A stretch of DNA of 52,390 bases from Hyphomicrobiales bacterium (GCA_027307405.1 DAHUXA010000002.1:1-52390); one strand, 5' to 3'; positions 10,191 to 19,228 are shown, counted from the first letter of the stretch. The notes: generated from the letters alone by a model not told the origin. Program-made: numbers and translations.

Positions 10191-10546
10191 GGCCGTTCTC
10201 CCGTCAACGTGTCGGGCTCGGAGACGATCGAGCCGATATCGCGGCTGCCGGCTGTCAGAGATGCGTCAAGCCTGTCGAACGGGCGATCAAGTCCCGCGAT
10301 CCCGACGAAGAAACCAAGCGCGGCGCAACAAGCGAGCGCCGCCACGCGTGGCCAGGCCGGCGCGAACTCCCAATTGAGCAGCACGGCCGGCAGCCGCCAC
10401 AGGGGCTGCTTCTGCCGGGGCAGGGGGCCATCCAGCCGCTTGAGCACACGTTCGACAGCGGCCTCGTCCGTCGGCGGCGCCTGCATTTGTCGCTTCAGCG
10501 CGGTGTCGAGAAATTTTTCAAACTGCCCGTCAGTCATTTCAGTCAT
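10187..10546 (-). CDS. Putative single-pass membrane anti-sigma factor
   Basis: 119 aa with one TM (VAALACCAALGFFVGIAG). Overlaps the ECF sigma stop and the downstream gene start. Function inferred from position. Confidence 0.6.
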   Translation of the reverse strand: MTEMTDGQFEKFLDTALKRQMQAPPTDEAAVERVLKRLDGPLPRQKQPLWRLPAVLLNWEFAPAWPRVAALACCAALGFFVGIAGLDRPFDRLDASLTAGSRDIGSIVSEPDTLTGERP

Positions 10547-11084
10547 CCTTATTGATCACACCTTCCAGTGCGCGACGGAGATTCTGTCTGCCGCGAACCA
10601 GCAAGGTCTCGACTGCCGATACCGACGCGTCGAGAATTTCCGCTACCTGCGCATTGCTCATGCCCTCACCGTAGGTGAGGACAATCGCGCTACGCTGGCG
10701 CGCTGGAAGTTTTTCAATCGCCGCGGCAAGCATCTGCTCGCGCTCGTCACTCTCTGCCTTGTCGCCGGCGCTGCGCGCCGGGTCGACGATATCTCCTGCC
10801 GCCTCCAGTTCGACCCAGGGCGCGCGCCGCTTGCGGTCGAGACAGAGATTGACGACCACACGCGTGAGCCAGGTCCGGAACTGGGCCAATGGTTGCCAGC
10901 GCGGCGCATGGGTCCAGACCCGGAGGAAGGCCTCCTGCGCGACATCCTCCGCCTCGGCTGCGTTGCCGAGAATACGGCGGGCAAGCCCAAGCATGGCGGG
11001 CAAATGACGGCGCGAAAGCAGCTGAAACGCCCGCTCGTCGCCACGTGCGACCCGGACCATGAGCGCCTCGTCGCTGTCATCCAT
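10539..11084 (-). CDS. ECF RNA polymerase sigma-70 factor
   Basis: SDEALM.RVARGDERAF, AEDVAQEAFLRVW, FRTWLTRVVVNLCLD, LPARQR..EGMSNAQVAEIL..AVETLLVRGR (regions 2 and 4 only). Confidence 0.92.
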   Translation of the reverse strand: MDDSDEALMVRVARGDERAFQLLSRRHLPAMLGLARRILGNAAEAEDVAQEAFLRVWTHAPRWQPLAQFRTWLTRVVVNLCLDRKRRAPWVELEAAGDIVDPARSAGDKAESDEREQMLAAAIEKLPARQRSAIVLTYGEGMSNAQVAEILDASVSAVETLLVRGRQNLRRALEGVINKDD

Positions 11085-11233
11085 CGCAGTGAGGTGGTGG
11101 CTGCCATACGGAACGCCCGTCCATTCTAATCCTCGACCTATCGGTTTAACGGGCGGAGCGTCTGAATCCTGTGCTGCCGGTATAGCGGGGAATCCGGGGA
11201 AAAGCTGGCCAAATCAAGCGCTAACTTATTGAA

Positions 11234-12178
11234 TTATCGAGCCTTCGCTATCCGCCGCTGGGCCGCGAGTTCAAGCCCTTTCAGGAGCCGATACACCGCC
11301 TTGCAGTTCGCCACCGGTACTTTGAGCCGGTCACCCTGGCGCACAATGAATCCGGTCAATTCGTCGATTTCGGTGGGTACGCCGCGCTCGATATCGAGCG
11401 CCATGGAACCCGCATGCTTTGACAGCGGAATCTCCCCCGCGCGCACCTTGTCGACGAATTCCATGGGCGGAAAGGCAAAGGTGCCGCCCAGCGCTTCCAC
11501 GACCGCCGTGCATTCGGCCGCCATGTCATCGATCAGCGCGCGCATCTCGGGCGAGTCGTAACGCGAAGCGTTATCGCCCATCATCAATGCCCCCAGAGGG
11601 TTCATTACGCAGTTGAACACGAATTTGGACCAGACCGCGCCCATCGGGTCCGCGACGATCTCCGTCTCCATGCCGCCTTGGTTGAGCAGTTCCACCAGCG
11701 GACGCGCATTATCGATTGAACCGCGGGCCGGCCCGAGCCAGGTCTTGCCTTCGATCAGGTTTTCGACGCAACCCGGCTCGACATAGCGACCCGCATTCAT
11801 AGTGACGCCGCGGATGACGACCGCATTCGGTTCGGACAGCAACACTTCTGTATTGCCCATTCCGTTTTGCAGCGTGACCAGCATCGGCCTGCCGGCAAGC
11901 ACCGGACGCAATTGCGCGAGCGCAGCGGCGGTCATTTTGGATTTGATGAGAAAGATGACGGCGTCGAATGTCGTACCCTTAAACGTGCCCGGATCGTCGG
12001 TCGCCTTGATCCGGGCCGTCCGCTGATTTTTTCCGATGAGGCGCAGCCCTTCTGCATTGATTGCCTTCACGTGGGCGGCATCGGCATCGAAAGCGGTGAC
12101 TTTCGCGACCGATGACAATGCGGCGGCAAACAATCCTCCGATAGCGCCGCAACCGACGATGAGGATCTGTGCGCTCAC
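11234..12178 (-). CDS. panE: Ketopantoate reductase family protein (PanE/ApbA)
   Basis: GCGAIG, TLQNG, WSKFVFN, SMALD..G.PTEIDELTG. The substrate may not be ketopantoate. Confidence 0.8.
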   Translation of the reverse strand: MSAQILIVGCGAIGGLFAAALSSVAKVTAFDADAAHVKAINAEGLRLIGKNQRTARIKATDDPGTFKGTTFDAVIFLIKSKMTAAALAQLRPVLAGRPMLVTLQNGMGNTEVLLSEPNAVVIRGVTMNAGRYVEPGCVENLIEGKTWLGPARGSIDNARPLVELLNQGGMETEIVADPMGAVWSKFVFNCVMNPLGALMMGDNASRYDSPEMRALIDDMAAECTAVVEALGGTFAFPPMEFVDKVRAGEIPLSKHAGSMALDIERGVPTEIDELTGFIVRQGDRLKVPVANCKAVYRLLKGLELAAQRRIAKAR

Positions 12179-13410
12179 CGTCCCGCCACGTCGGCGAGCG
12201 CGAAGCCGGCGATGCTCTTGTAGTTTTCCGACAGCGCGCGCAACTCGTCCTGAGTGATGTACTTGTCGAGATTGTCGAATGGCTTGTCGCCAACCAGTTC
12301 CTCGACCCTGATATTGATGAAATCCGGCGGCTGCTCGCGATTGGTGCGGACCACTTTGGCGGCCGGGCCGGCGCGCTCGGCTTCGTAGGCGGTGAGCGCT
12401 TCGCGCGTATCGGGTTTTTTCCGCAGCAGGTCAGCGAGAGTACGCGCGTCGATTGCAGCCTGCGCCGCGCCATTCGAGCCGCGCGGGTACATCGGGTGTG
12501 CGGCGTCGCCGGCAAGAGCGACCCGTCCGAAAATCCAGCGATCAATCGGATCCTTGTCGACCATCGGATATTCAAGAATCTGATCGGCATCGCGGATCAT
12601 CTGCGCGACGTCGAGCCAATCGAAACGCCAGCTTTCGTAGAGCGGAAAGAAATCGGCCAAATTGCCGGGCTTGTTCCAGTCGTTCTGCTCGGTCGTGTCA
12701 CGCTTTATCTCGGCCATCCAGTTAATCAGCTGATTACCTTTGCCATCCACATCGTCGACGATCGGATAGATCACCATCTTGCCCGTGAGGATCGAGCCGA
12801 CGCGCATATAGGTGCGGCCGCCGAGGATCGGCTTGTGCCGCGTCACCCCCCGCCAGGTATTGATGCCGGAGAACGCGATCTTGTCATTCGGATAGAGCTG
12901 CCTGCGAAGAGCGGAATTGATGCCGTCACAGGCGATGACAACATCGGCCCGCACGCTGTCGCGCCCTTTTCCTGTGCTGGTTTGCTTGAAGTGCACGGTC
13001 GCACCGCGTTCATCCTGATCCACGCCGACGCATTCACAATCCGTGATGACCGCATCCAGGCCGAGCCGTTTCTGTACGGCTTGATGGAGGATGACATGCA
13101 GGTTGCCGCGATGAATGCCAACTTCCGGGAAGGGATACCCTGCAAATTTGCCCCGGTCCTCGCGATAAATCAGCTGCCCGAAACGGTTGAAAAAGCAGCA
13201 CTCGCGATTCTCGATGCCGGCTCTGAGCAGTTCATCGCCGAGGCCAAGCGCGCTGAACTCGCGCATCGCATGCGGCAGCAAGGTGATACCGACGCCAAGC
13301 GGCTTGATCTCCGGCGCGCGCTCATAGATGCGGCATGCAATACCGCGCTCCTTGAGATTGAGGGCGAGCGAAAGCCCGCAAATTCCGCCGCCGACGATCG
13401 CTACTTCCAT
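12175..13410 (-). CDS. FAD-dependent monooxygenase (group A aromatic hydroxylase-like)
   Basis: GGGICG, PLGVGITLLPHA, IHRG, ACDGINS, GDAAHPMYPRGSNGAAQA. Confidence 0.88.
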   Translation of the reverse strand: MEVAIVGGGICGLSLALNLKERGIACRIYERAPEIKPLGVGITLLPHAMREFSALGLGDELLRAGIENRECCFFNRFGQLIYREDRGKFAGYPFPEVGIHRGNLHVILHQAVQKRLGLDAVITDCECVGVDQDERGATVHFKQTSTGKGRDSVRADVVIACDGINSALRRQLYPNDKIAFSGINTWRGVTRHKPILGGRTYMRVGSILTGKMVIYPIVDDVDGKGNQLINWMAEIKRDTTEQNDWNKPGNLADFFPLYESWRFDWLDVAQMIRDADQILEYPMVDKDPIDRWIFGRVALAGDAAHPMYPRGSNGAAQAAIDARTLADLLRKKPDTREALTAYEAERAGPAAKVVRTNREQPPDFINIRVEELVGDKPFDNLDKYITQDELRALSENYKSIAGFALADVAGR

Positions 13411-13439
13411 TCGGTCACGCCATCCGCCGGATCGCCGTT

Positions 13440-14054
13440 TTAAAGCGGCTTGATTTCCACTTTGCGGAACTTGATCGCTCCGGCGCCGTGCTGCAACGCG
13501 ATCGGACCTTCGTCGAACATGCCGTTGCGTAATTTCGCGGTGGTCTGGCCGTTGAGAACGACCGTGATGTCGCGGCCCTTGGCAGTGATCTCAAACGTGT
13601 TCCACTTGCCGCCAGCCTTTGGCATTGGATCGATCTCGACGTACCGCGTGATCGCGCCGGTGCCGTAACTCGGGTCAGGACGCTGATCGAAGATGTTGGC
13701 CTCGTAGCAGGTGCGATCCGTGATCTTCTTGGGATCGAGGCAACGGAAATAGATACCGCTGTTGGCATTGTCGCTCGGCGAAAACTCGACGCGCACGATG
13801 AAGTTCTTGTACGAATTCTTGCTCACCAGGTAGCCGGCTTCCTTACCCGGCATCTTGTCGGCGACGATAGCTCCGTCCTCGACACGCCAGTTGGATTCGC
13901 CAACCTGGTCCCACCCATCCAGGCTCTTACCGTCGAACAGAGTAATCCAGTCGGCATCCTGGCTCGTAGCCTCTGGCACCGCGTAATTGGCCACGAATCC
14001 CAGGACGCTGAGCGCGAGCGCAACCCGGATTGCGCGCCTCGATGTCGCTGCCAT
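13440..14054 (-). CDS. DUF1080 family secreted protein (3-keto-disaccharide hydrolase-like fold)
   Basis: Signal peptide; W..LFDGKSLDGW, WRVEDG, ANSGIYFR, GKWNTFEI, GPIALQH..G.IKFRKVEIKPL. Confidence 0.85.
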   Translation of the reverse strand: MAATSRRAIRVALALSVLGFVANYAVPEATSQDADWITLFDGKSLDGWDQVGESNWRVEDGAIVADKMPGKEAGYLVSKNSYKNFIVRVEFSPSDNANSGIYFRCLDPKKITDRTCYEANIFDQRPDPSYGTGAITRYVEIDPMPKAGGKWNTFEITAKGRDITVVLNGQTTAKLRNGMFDEGPIALQHGAGAIKFRKVEIKPL

Positions 14055-14076
14055 GGTGTTTCCTCCCGATCCCGTT

Positions 14077-14156
14077 TGAATTTATTGTTTGGTCGGCCGC
14101 AAGAATGGACGAAATCGTCCAATCTCTGTCAACATGCACCGACCAAGTACAATTCA
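14077..14156. promoter_or_regulatory. Nested inverted repeats in a divergent promoter region (candidate operator or RNA structure)
   Basis: Core palindrome TGGACGA-aa-TCGTCCA at 14106-14121, flanked by TTGGTCGG (14089-14096) / CCGACCAA (14139-14146) and ATTGT / ACAAT. Confidence 0.45.
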
Positions 14157-14180
14157 CCGCAAAAAGGGGAGGTTTGGACC

Positions 14181-14564
14181 ATGGACAAGGCACTCTATGA
14201 CCGGGGAATGGCCATGCGCCGGAAGGTGCTCGGGGATGAATACGTCGACCGCGCCGTCGCCAATACCGACGACTTCAACCGGAAATTCCAGGACCTGCTC
14301 AATGAATTCTGCTGGGGTGCGGTGTGGACCGACGAGGATCTCAAGCCGCGCGATCGCAGCCTGCTCAATCTTGGTATGATCGCTTGCCTCGGGCGTATGC
14401 ACGAATTTGAAGCTCATTTCCGGGGCGCGCTGCGTAATGGGCTCACCCCCAAGGAACTCTCGGCGGTCTTGCGGCAAGTTGCGATCTATTGCGGGTTCCC
14501 GGCAGCCGTCGATGCCCACCGCGTGGCCAAGCAGGTTCTGGCGGCTGAGGCCAAAAAGACCTGA
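14181..14564 (+). CDS. Carboxymuconolactone decarboxylase family protein
   Basis: GGAGG RBS; G.AMRRKVLGDEYVDRA, WGAVW, DRSLLNL, H.RGALRNG, QVAIYCGFPAA. Confidence 0.88.
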   Translation: MDKALYDRGMAMRRKVLGDEYVDRAVANTDDFNRKFQDLLNEFCWGAVWTDEDLKPRDRSLLNLGMIACLGRMHEFEAHFRGALRNGLTPKELSAVLRQVAIYCGFPAAVDAHRVAKQVLAAEAKKT

Positions 14565-14677
14565 GATTGCATGGCAAACTCGCGTTAACGAGATAGTCGT
14601 ATTCTGGTCTTGAATGTGCCTTCATCCCGGGGCAATCAGGGCGGCATTGGCGGCTGCTTCGCCGCCGAGGGTGGATA

Positions 14678-15742
14678 ATGATCCGAATTTCTGCTGCTTT
14701 TCTGCTAACGCTGCCGGTCGCGGCGGGTTTTACGGCTGCACCGGCGCAGGCGCAGTTGCCACCGCCAGGGGTGTACGAAGAGCGGCTGCCGCCGGTTATG
14801 GGCGGGTACGACGAAGACGAAGATGGCCCGCCGCGTACTGGACGGTGGTACACTCCAAGACGCGCTGGTCCTAATCCTGACGACGACGCGAACCTGCCGC
14901 CGCCGCGCTTCTTTCGCACGCCCGACGGCCGTCCCGCTGGCTATGGTCATCAGCTCGATCCGCAACTGCCGCAGCAGGCGCAGCCGCCGGCAGGAGCGCC
15001 GTCCCGCGCGACTAACGATCCGGATGCGCTACGTCCGCCGGCCGCTGTCGGTGCGACTCCGCGGGGTCAATCATCTTCGGCAACTGCGACGCTGCCGCCT
15101 GAGGATCAGCCGGAAACCGGCCAGCCGAAGGACTTGCCACCCAACCTGAAAAAGCAGCTGGTCGATTACGGCACCAAGGAACCGGCCGGTACAATCGTCA
15201 TCGATACGCAGAACACCTACCTTTATCTCGTGCTTGGTGGCGGCAAGGCGTTGCGCTACGGCATCGGCGTTGGCCGCGACGGCTTCACCTGGGCCGGCAC
15301 CGAACGGATTAGCAGGATGTCCGAATGGCCGGATTGGCATCCGCCGTCGGAGATGATCGACCGTCAACCTTATCTGCCGCGCTTCATGGCGGGTGGTCCG
15401 GGCAATCCACTTGGCGCGCGCGCCCTCTATCTTGGCAAGACGCTGTACCGAATTCACGGCACCAATCAGCCGTCGACCATCGGCAGCTTTGTGTCGTCCG
15501 GCTGCATCCGCCTCATCAATGAGGACATTGAGGATCTCTTCAGCCGCGTGCAGGTCGGCACTCGGGTCGTCGTGTTGCCGGGTAAAGTTCCTGACCACGT
15601 CGCCAATACAGGGGCGCAGCCTCCTGCCAACGCTCTGGCACCTCCGGGCGCCCCAGTGACTGCCGCGCCTGCCAACGCTGGTGTCGCCCCACGCAACAAC
15701 GGCACGGCAATTTCATCGTCCCCGTTGCCGCCGATACGGTAG
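14678..15742 (+). CDS. L,D-transpeptidase (ErfK/YkuD family) with Pro-rich extensions
   Basis: Signal peptide; GTIVIDT, RYGIGVGRDG, GGPGNPLGARALY, YRIHGT..SSGCIRL catalytic motif. Confidence 0.92.
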   Translation: MIRISAAFLLTLPVAAGFTAAPAQAQLPPPGVYEERLPPVMGGYDEDEDGPPRTGRWYTPRRAGPNPDDDANLPPPRFFRTPDGRPAGYGHQLDPQLPQQAQPPAGAPSRATNDPDALRPPAAVGATPRGQSSSATATLPPEDQPETGQPKDLPPNLKKQLVDYGTKEPAGTIVIDTQNTYLYLVLGGGKALRYGIGVGRDGFTWAGTERISRMSEWPDWHPPSEMIDRQPYLPRFMAGGPGNPLGARALYLGKTLYRIHGTNQPSTIGSFVSSGCIRLINEDIEDLFSRVQVGTRVVVLPGKVPDHVANTGAQPPANALAPPGAPVTAAPANAGVAPRNNGTAISSSPLPPIR

Positions 15743-15850
15743 CTCGCATCGGGCCCGTAGCGCCTCCTACGCGGCTGAACTAACATCCCCTAATCTGCTT
15801 GGTCCGAGGATCATCGGATTCGTTGGTCCGGCATGGAGCGGGAGGCGGAT

Positions 15851-17830
15851 ATGGCGCGTTTACTATCTCGGACCCGATTGAATCGACGCAAATTCATGGC
15901 GGGCGTGGCGCTCGCCGGTGCGTCGGCTGCGCCATTGCCAACAGATGCTGCCAACGCTGCAGCGTCGGCCGGTTCGCCGGACGCAGCGCGGCCCTCAGCC
16001 CTGCGCCCCACCGCGGCGGTTGCCGCCGCAGAAACCGGTACACCACAAGCGTCGGTGCAAGCCGGAGGCGCGCCGAGTTCCGACTTCATGGTCGATGTCA
16101 TCAAGTCGCTCGATATCGACTATGTGCCGTGCAATCCCGCCCAAAGCTTTCGGGGCTTGCATGAATCCTTGATCGACTACGGCGGCAACAAGAAACCGGA
16201 ATTTCTCACGTGCACGCATGAGGAAGCTTCGGTGGCGATGGCGCACGGCTATTTCAAAATCGCCGGCAAACCGCTGCTGGTGCTCTGCCATGGTACGGTC
16301 GGTCTCCAGCACGCGGCGATGGCGATCTACAATGCCTGGTGCGACCGCGTCCCCGTGATCGTCATGGGTGGAACCGACCTTGACGCGTCCAAGCGGCCGC
16401 CGGGCGTGCCGACATTTCATTCGGCGCAGGACATCAACGCGCTGGTGCGCGACTTCACCAAATGGGACGACCAGCCGGTATCGTTGCAACATTTCGCGCA
16501 GTCATTTGTGCGCGCCTACAAGCTTGCGATGACGCCGCCACACGAGCCGGTGATGATCGCGCTCGATTGCGGATTGCAAGAGCAGGCACTGCACGATCGT
16601 TCGAAACTCACGATCCCGCGTTACGTGCCGACTGCGCCGCCGCAGGGCGACATGAACGCGGTGCGTGAAGCAGCGCGTCTGCTAGCCGCGGCCGAGCGCC
16701 CGGTGATCATTGCCGACAAGTACGCGCGCACGGCAGATGGGGTGAAATTTCTGGTGCAACTTGCCGAAGCCTTGCAAGCGCCCGTTATCGATCAAAAAGG
16801 CCGGATGAATTTTCCGAACACGCATCATCTCTTTCAGAATGGTCGCGCCCAGGCCCTGCTCAAAGAGGCTGACGTGATCCTCGGCCTCGAGTTGGCCGAC
16901 TACTGGGGCACGGTGAACGGGTACATCGACAACGGTGAGAATGACGGCGCGGGTTTGCAGGAATCTCACATCAAGCCGAGCGCCAAGCTCATCAGTATCA
17001 GCTCGGTCACTCTCAATACCAAGTCGAACTATCAGGACTTCCAGCGTTTCCAGGTTGTGGACGTCGACATGGCGGGCGACGCGCAAGCAACCTTGCCGGC
17101 TTTGATCGAAGCGGTGAAGCAAGCGCTGCCAACGAACCGCACCGGGAATATTGAAGCGCGCGGTGCCGCGATGAAGAAGGCCTGGACAGACGCACGTGAC
17201 CGCACGCGGCAGGCCGCGTCATATGCCTGGGATGCCAGTCCGATCAGCACCGCGCGCATGGCCATGGAGGTCTATGCGCAAATCAAGGACCTCGACTGGT
17301 CCTCGGTCGGTGGGGATCGTCAGCTGTCGTCCTGGCCGAGTAGGCTTTGGCCGATGGACAAGCACTATCACCACATCGGCGGGCCCGGCGGCTATGGCAT
17401 CGGCTACAACGCGCCGGCAGCAGTGGGCGCCGCTTTGGCCAATCGCGCTCAGGGGCGCTTCTCGATCAACTTTCAGCCCGACGGCGACATGATGTTCGGA
17501 CCGGGCGTGCTGTGGACGGCCGTCAAACATCAGATTCCGCTACTGTCCGTGATGCACAACAACCGCGGCTATCATCAGGAGTCGATGCACGTGCAGCGGA
17601 TGTCGAGCCGCCGCAATCGCGTCGCCAGCCTCGGCAAGGACATCGCCCCGGTCGGCACGCGTCTTGAAAATCCGACGATTGACTACGCCAAACTCGCGAG
17701 TTCGATGGGGATGTGGTCGGCCGGACCGATCACTGATGCAAATGAACTCGCGCCGGCACTGAAGAAGGCGGTGCAGGTGGTGAAGGCCGGCGAACCGGCG
17801 ATGGTCGATGTCGTGACGCAGCCGCGCTGA
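15851..17830 (+). CDS. Thiamine-diphosphate-dependent enzyme (ALS/decarboxylase superfamily) with a twin-arginine signal peptide
   Basis: GGAGG RBS; NRRKFMAGVALAGASAA signal; HEEASVAMAHGY (catalytic Glu); PDGDMMF..x~24..HNN ThDP/Mg motif. Confidence 0.85.
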   Translation: MARLLSRTRLNRRKFMAGVALAGASAAPLPTDAANAAASAGSPDAARPSALRPTAAVAAAETGTPQASVQAGGAPSSDFMVDVIKSLDIDYVPCNPAQSFRGLHESLIDYGGNKKPEFLTCTHEEASVAMAHGYFKIAGKPLLVLCHGTVGLQHAAMAIYNAWCDRVPVIVMGGTDLDASKRPPGVPTFHSAQDINALVRDFTKWDDQPVSLQHFAQSFVRAYKLAMTPPHEPVMIALDCGLQEQALHDRSKLTIPRYVPTAPPQGDMNAVREAARLLAAAERPVIIADKYARTADGVKFLVQLAEALQAPVIDQKGRMNFPNTHHLFQNGRAQALLKEADVILGLELADYWGTVNGYIDNGENDGAGLQESHIKPSAKLISISSVTLNTKSNYQDFQRFQVVDVDMAGDAQATLPALIEAVKQALPTNRTGNIEARGAAMKKAWTDARDRTRQAASYAWDASPISTARMAMEVYAQIKDLDWSSVGGDRQLSSWPSRLWPMDKHYHHIGGPGGYGIGYNAPAAVGAALANRAQGRFSINFQPDGDMMFGPGVLWTAVKHQIPLLSVMHNNRGYHQESMHVQRMSSRRNRVASLGKDIAPVGTRLENPTIDYAKLASSMGMWSAGPITDANELAPALKKAVQVVKAGEPAMVDVVTQPR

Positions 17831-17837
17831 GGATGCC

Positions 17838-18191
17838 GTGATGCGAATGTGCGTGATCATAGCGGGGCTGGTTTTCGGCCTCAATGTCGGACAAGAGGTT
17901 GCTTCAGCCGCGTCTGCCGAACACGGCAAGACAGCATTCATTCAGAACGGCTGCTGGCAGTGTCACGGCACGATGGGTCAGGGTTCGATCATGACCAGCG
18001 GCGGCAAGCGCCTCGCGCCGGATCCTTTGCCCTGGGAGACGTTTTCAGCCTTTGTGCGGTCTTCGAATCGGGCGATGCCCCCCTTCAGCGAGAAAATTCT
18101 GTCAGACAACGATCTCGCGGACATCTACGCCTATCTGTTATCGATCCCGAAGCCCCCGGATACGGCCAGCATTCCATTGCTTAAGGAATAG
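17838..18191 (+). CDS. Class I monoheme cytochrome c
   Basis: Sec-type signal, CWQCH, distal AMPPF Met, LSDNDLADIYAYL C-terminal helix. Begins 7 nt after the ThDP gene stop; exact start codon uncertain by one codon. Confidence 0.9.
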   Translation: MMRMCVIIAGLVFGLNVGQEVASAASAEHGKTAFIQNGCWQCHGTMGQGSIMTSGGKRLAPDPLPWETFSAFVRSSNRAMPPFSEKILSDNDLADIYAYLLSIPKPPDTASIPLLKE

Positions 18192-18226
18192 TCTGCACGT
18201 GTCCCGCGCATGGGAAGGGGGTACTG

Positions 18227-19228
18227 TCAGCCCCGGTCGCGGCCTTGCGTATTGACGCGGGCAAGCCGTGTGATCGCCTCGATCATTGCGCCGGGATCGG
18301 CTTGGCCTTTTCCGGCGATGTCGTGTGCACTGCCGTGTGCAACCGACGAAAACAGGATCGGCGACCCGATCGAAAGCCCTGCGGTTCGATTGAAGGCTTG
18401 CAGTTTCGCGGCGATGAGGCCCTGATCGTGCAGCATCACGATGAAGGCGTCGCAGCCCTTCTTGCGGAACATGGTGTCGGCGCCGAACGGACCCGATGCG
18501 TCGATTCCTTCGTTAGCCGCTTTGCGAATGGCCGGCTCGATAATCTCAATCTCTTCGCGGCCGAACATTCCCTCTTCGCCGGCGTGAGGATTGAGCCCAC
18601 TGACAAAAATTTTCGGATGGGCGATGCCGAGCTTCTTCAGCGATGCATCGGTGACACGGATCACCCGCTCGATCCGCTCCCGCGTAATCAATGCGACTGC
18701 CTCGCGTACACTGACGTGCAAGGTCGCGTGAACAATGCGGGACTGATCGAAGCAGATCATCAGATAGACGTCATTGACCGGCGTGCCGGTCTCGCGCGCG
18801 ACGAACGATGGATAACCGTCGAATGAAATACCGGCTGCCGCGATCGAGCGCTCGGTCTGTGGCGCCGCCACCACCGCTTCGACTTCGCCGGCGAGCGCGG
18901 CCTTGATCGCCCGGCTTGCACTTGCCAACGACGCGCGGCCGTAAGCAGCATCGACGGTGCCCAGTTTTACGGACGCGTTGCTTCCGTCACGTACGTCGAG
19001 GACGTTGATGGCACCGTCGGTCCAATCCGCATCGGCGGCCTTTTCGACCAGATGCAAATTTGGCGACAGGCCGGCGCCGCGCGCATGCAATTCTACCACG
19101 GTCGGATCGCCAACCAGCAGCGGCCGGCATAGCTCACGAACGCGCATGTCGAGCGCGGCCTTGAGCGCGATCTCCGGTCCGATTCCGGCAGGGTCTCCCG
19201 TTGCAATGGCGATGCGCGGCAGGGGCAT
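18227..19228 (-). CDS. pdxA: PdxA-family dehydrogenase (4-hydroxythreonine-4-phosphate / threonate-4-phosphate dehydrogenase-like)
   Basis: GDPAGIGPE, GLNPHAGE.G.FG.EE, GADT, HDQG, SVAHGSAHDIAGKG.AD. Start set at ATG 19228. Confidence 0.85.
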   Translation of the reverse strand: MPLPRIAIATGDPAGIGPEIALKAALDMRVRELCRPLLVGDPTVVELHARGAGLSPNLHLVEKAADADWTDGAINVLDVRDGSNASVKLGTVDAAYGRASLASASRAIKAALAGEVEAVVAAPQTERSIAAAGISFDGYPSFVARETGTPVNDVYLMICFDQSRIVHATLHVSVREAVALITRERIERVIRVTDASLKKLGIAHPKIFVSGLNPHAGEEGMFGREEIEIIEPAIRKAANEGIDASGPFGADTMFRKKGCDAFIVMLHDQGLIAAKLQAFNRTAGLSIGSPILFSSVAHGSAHDIAGKGQADPGAMIEAITRLARVNTQGRDRG

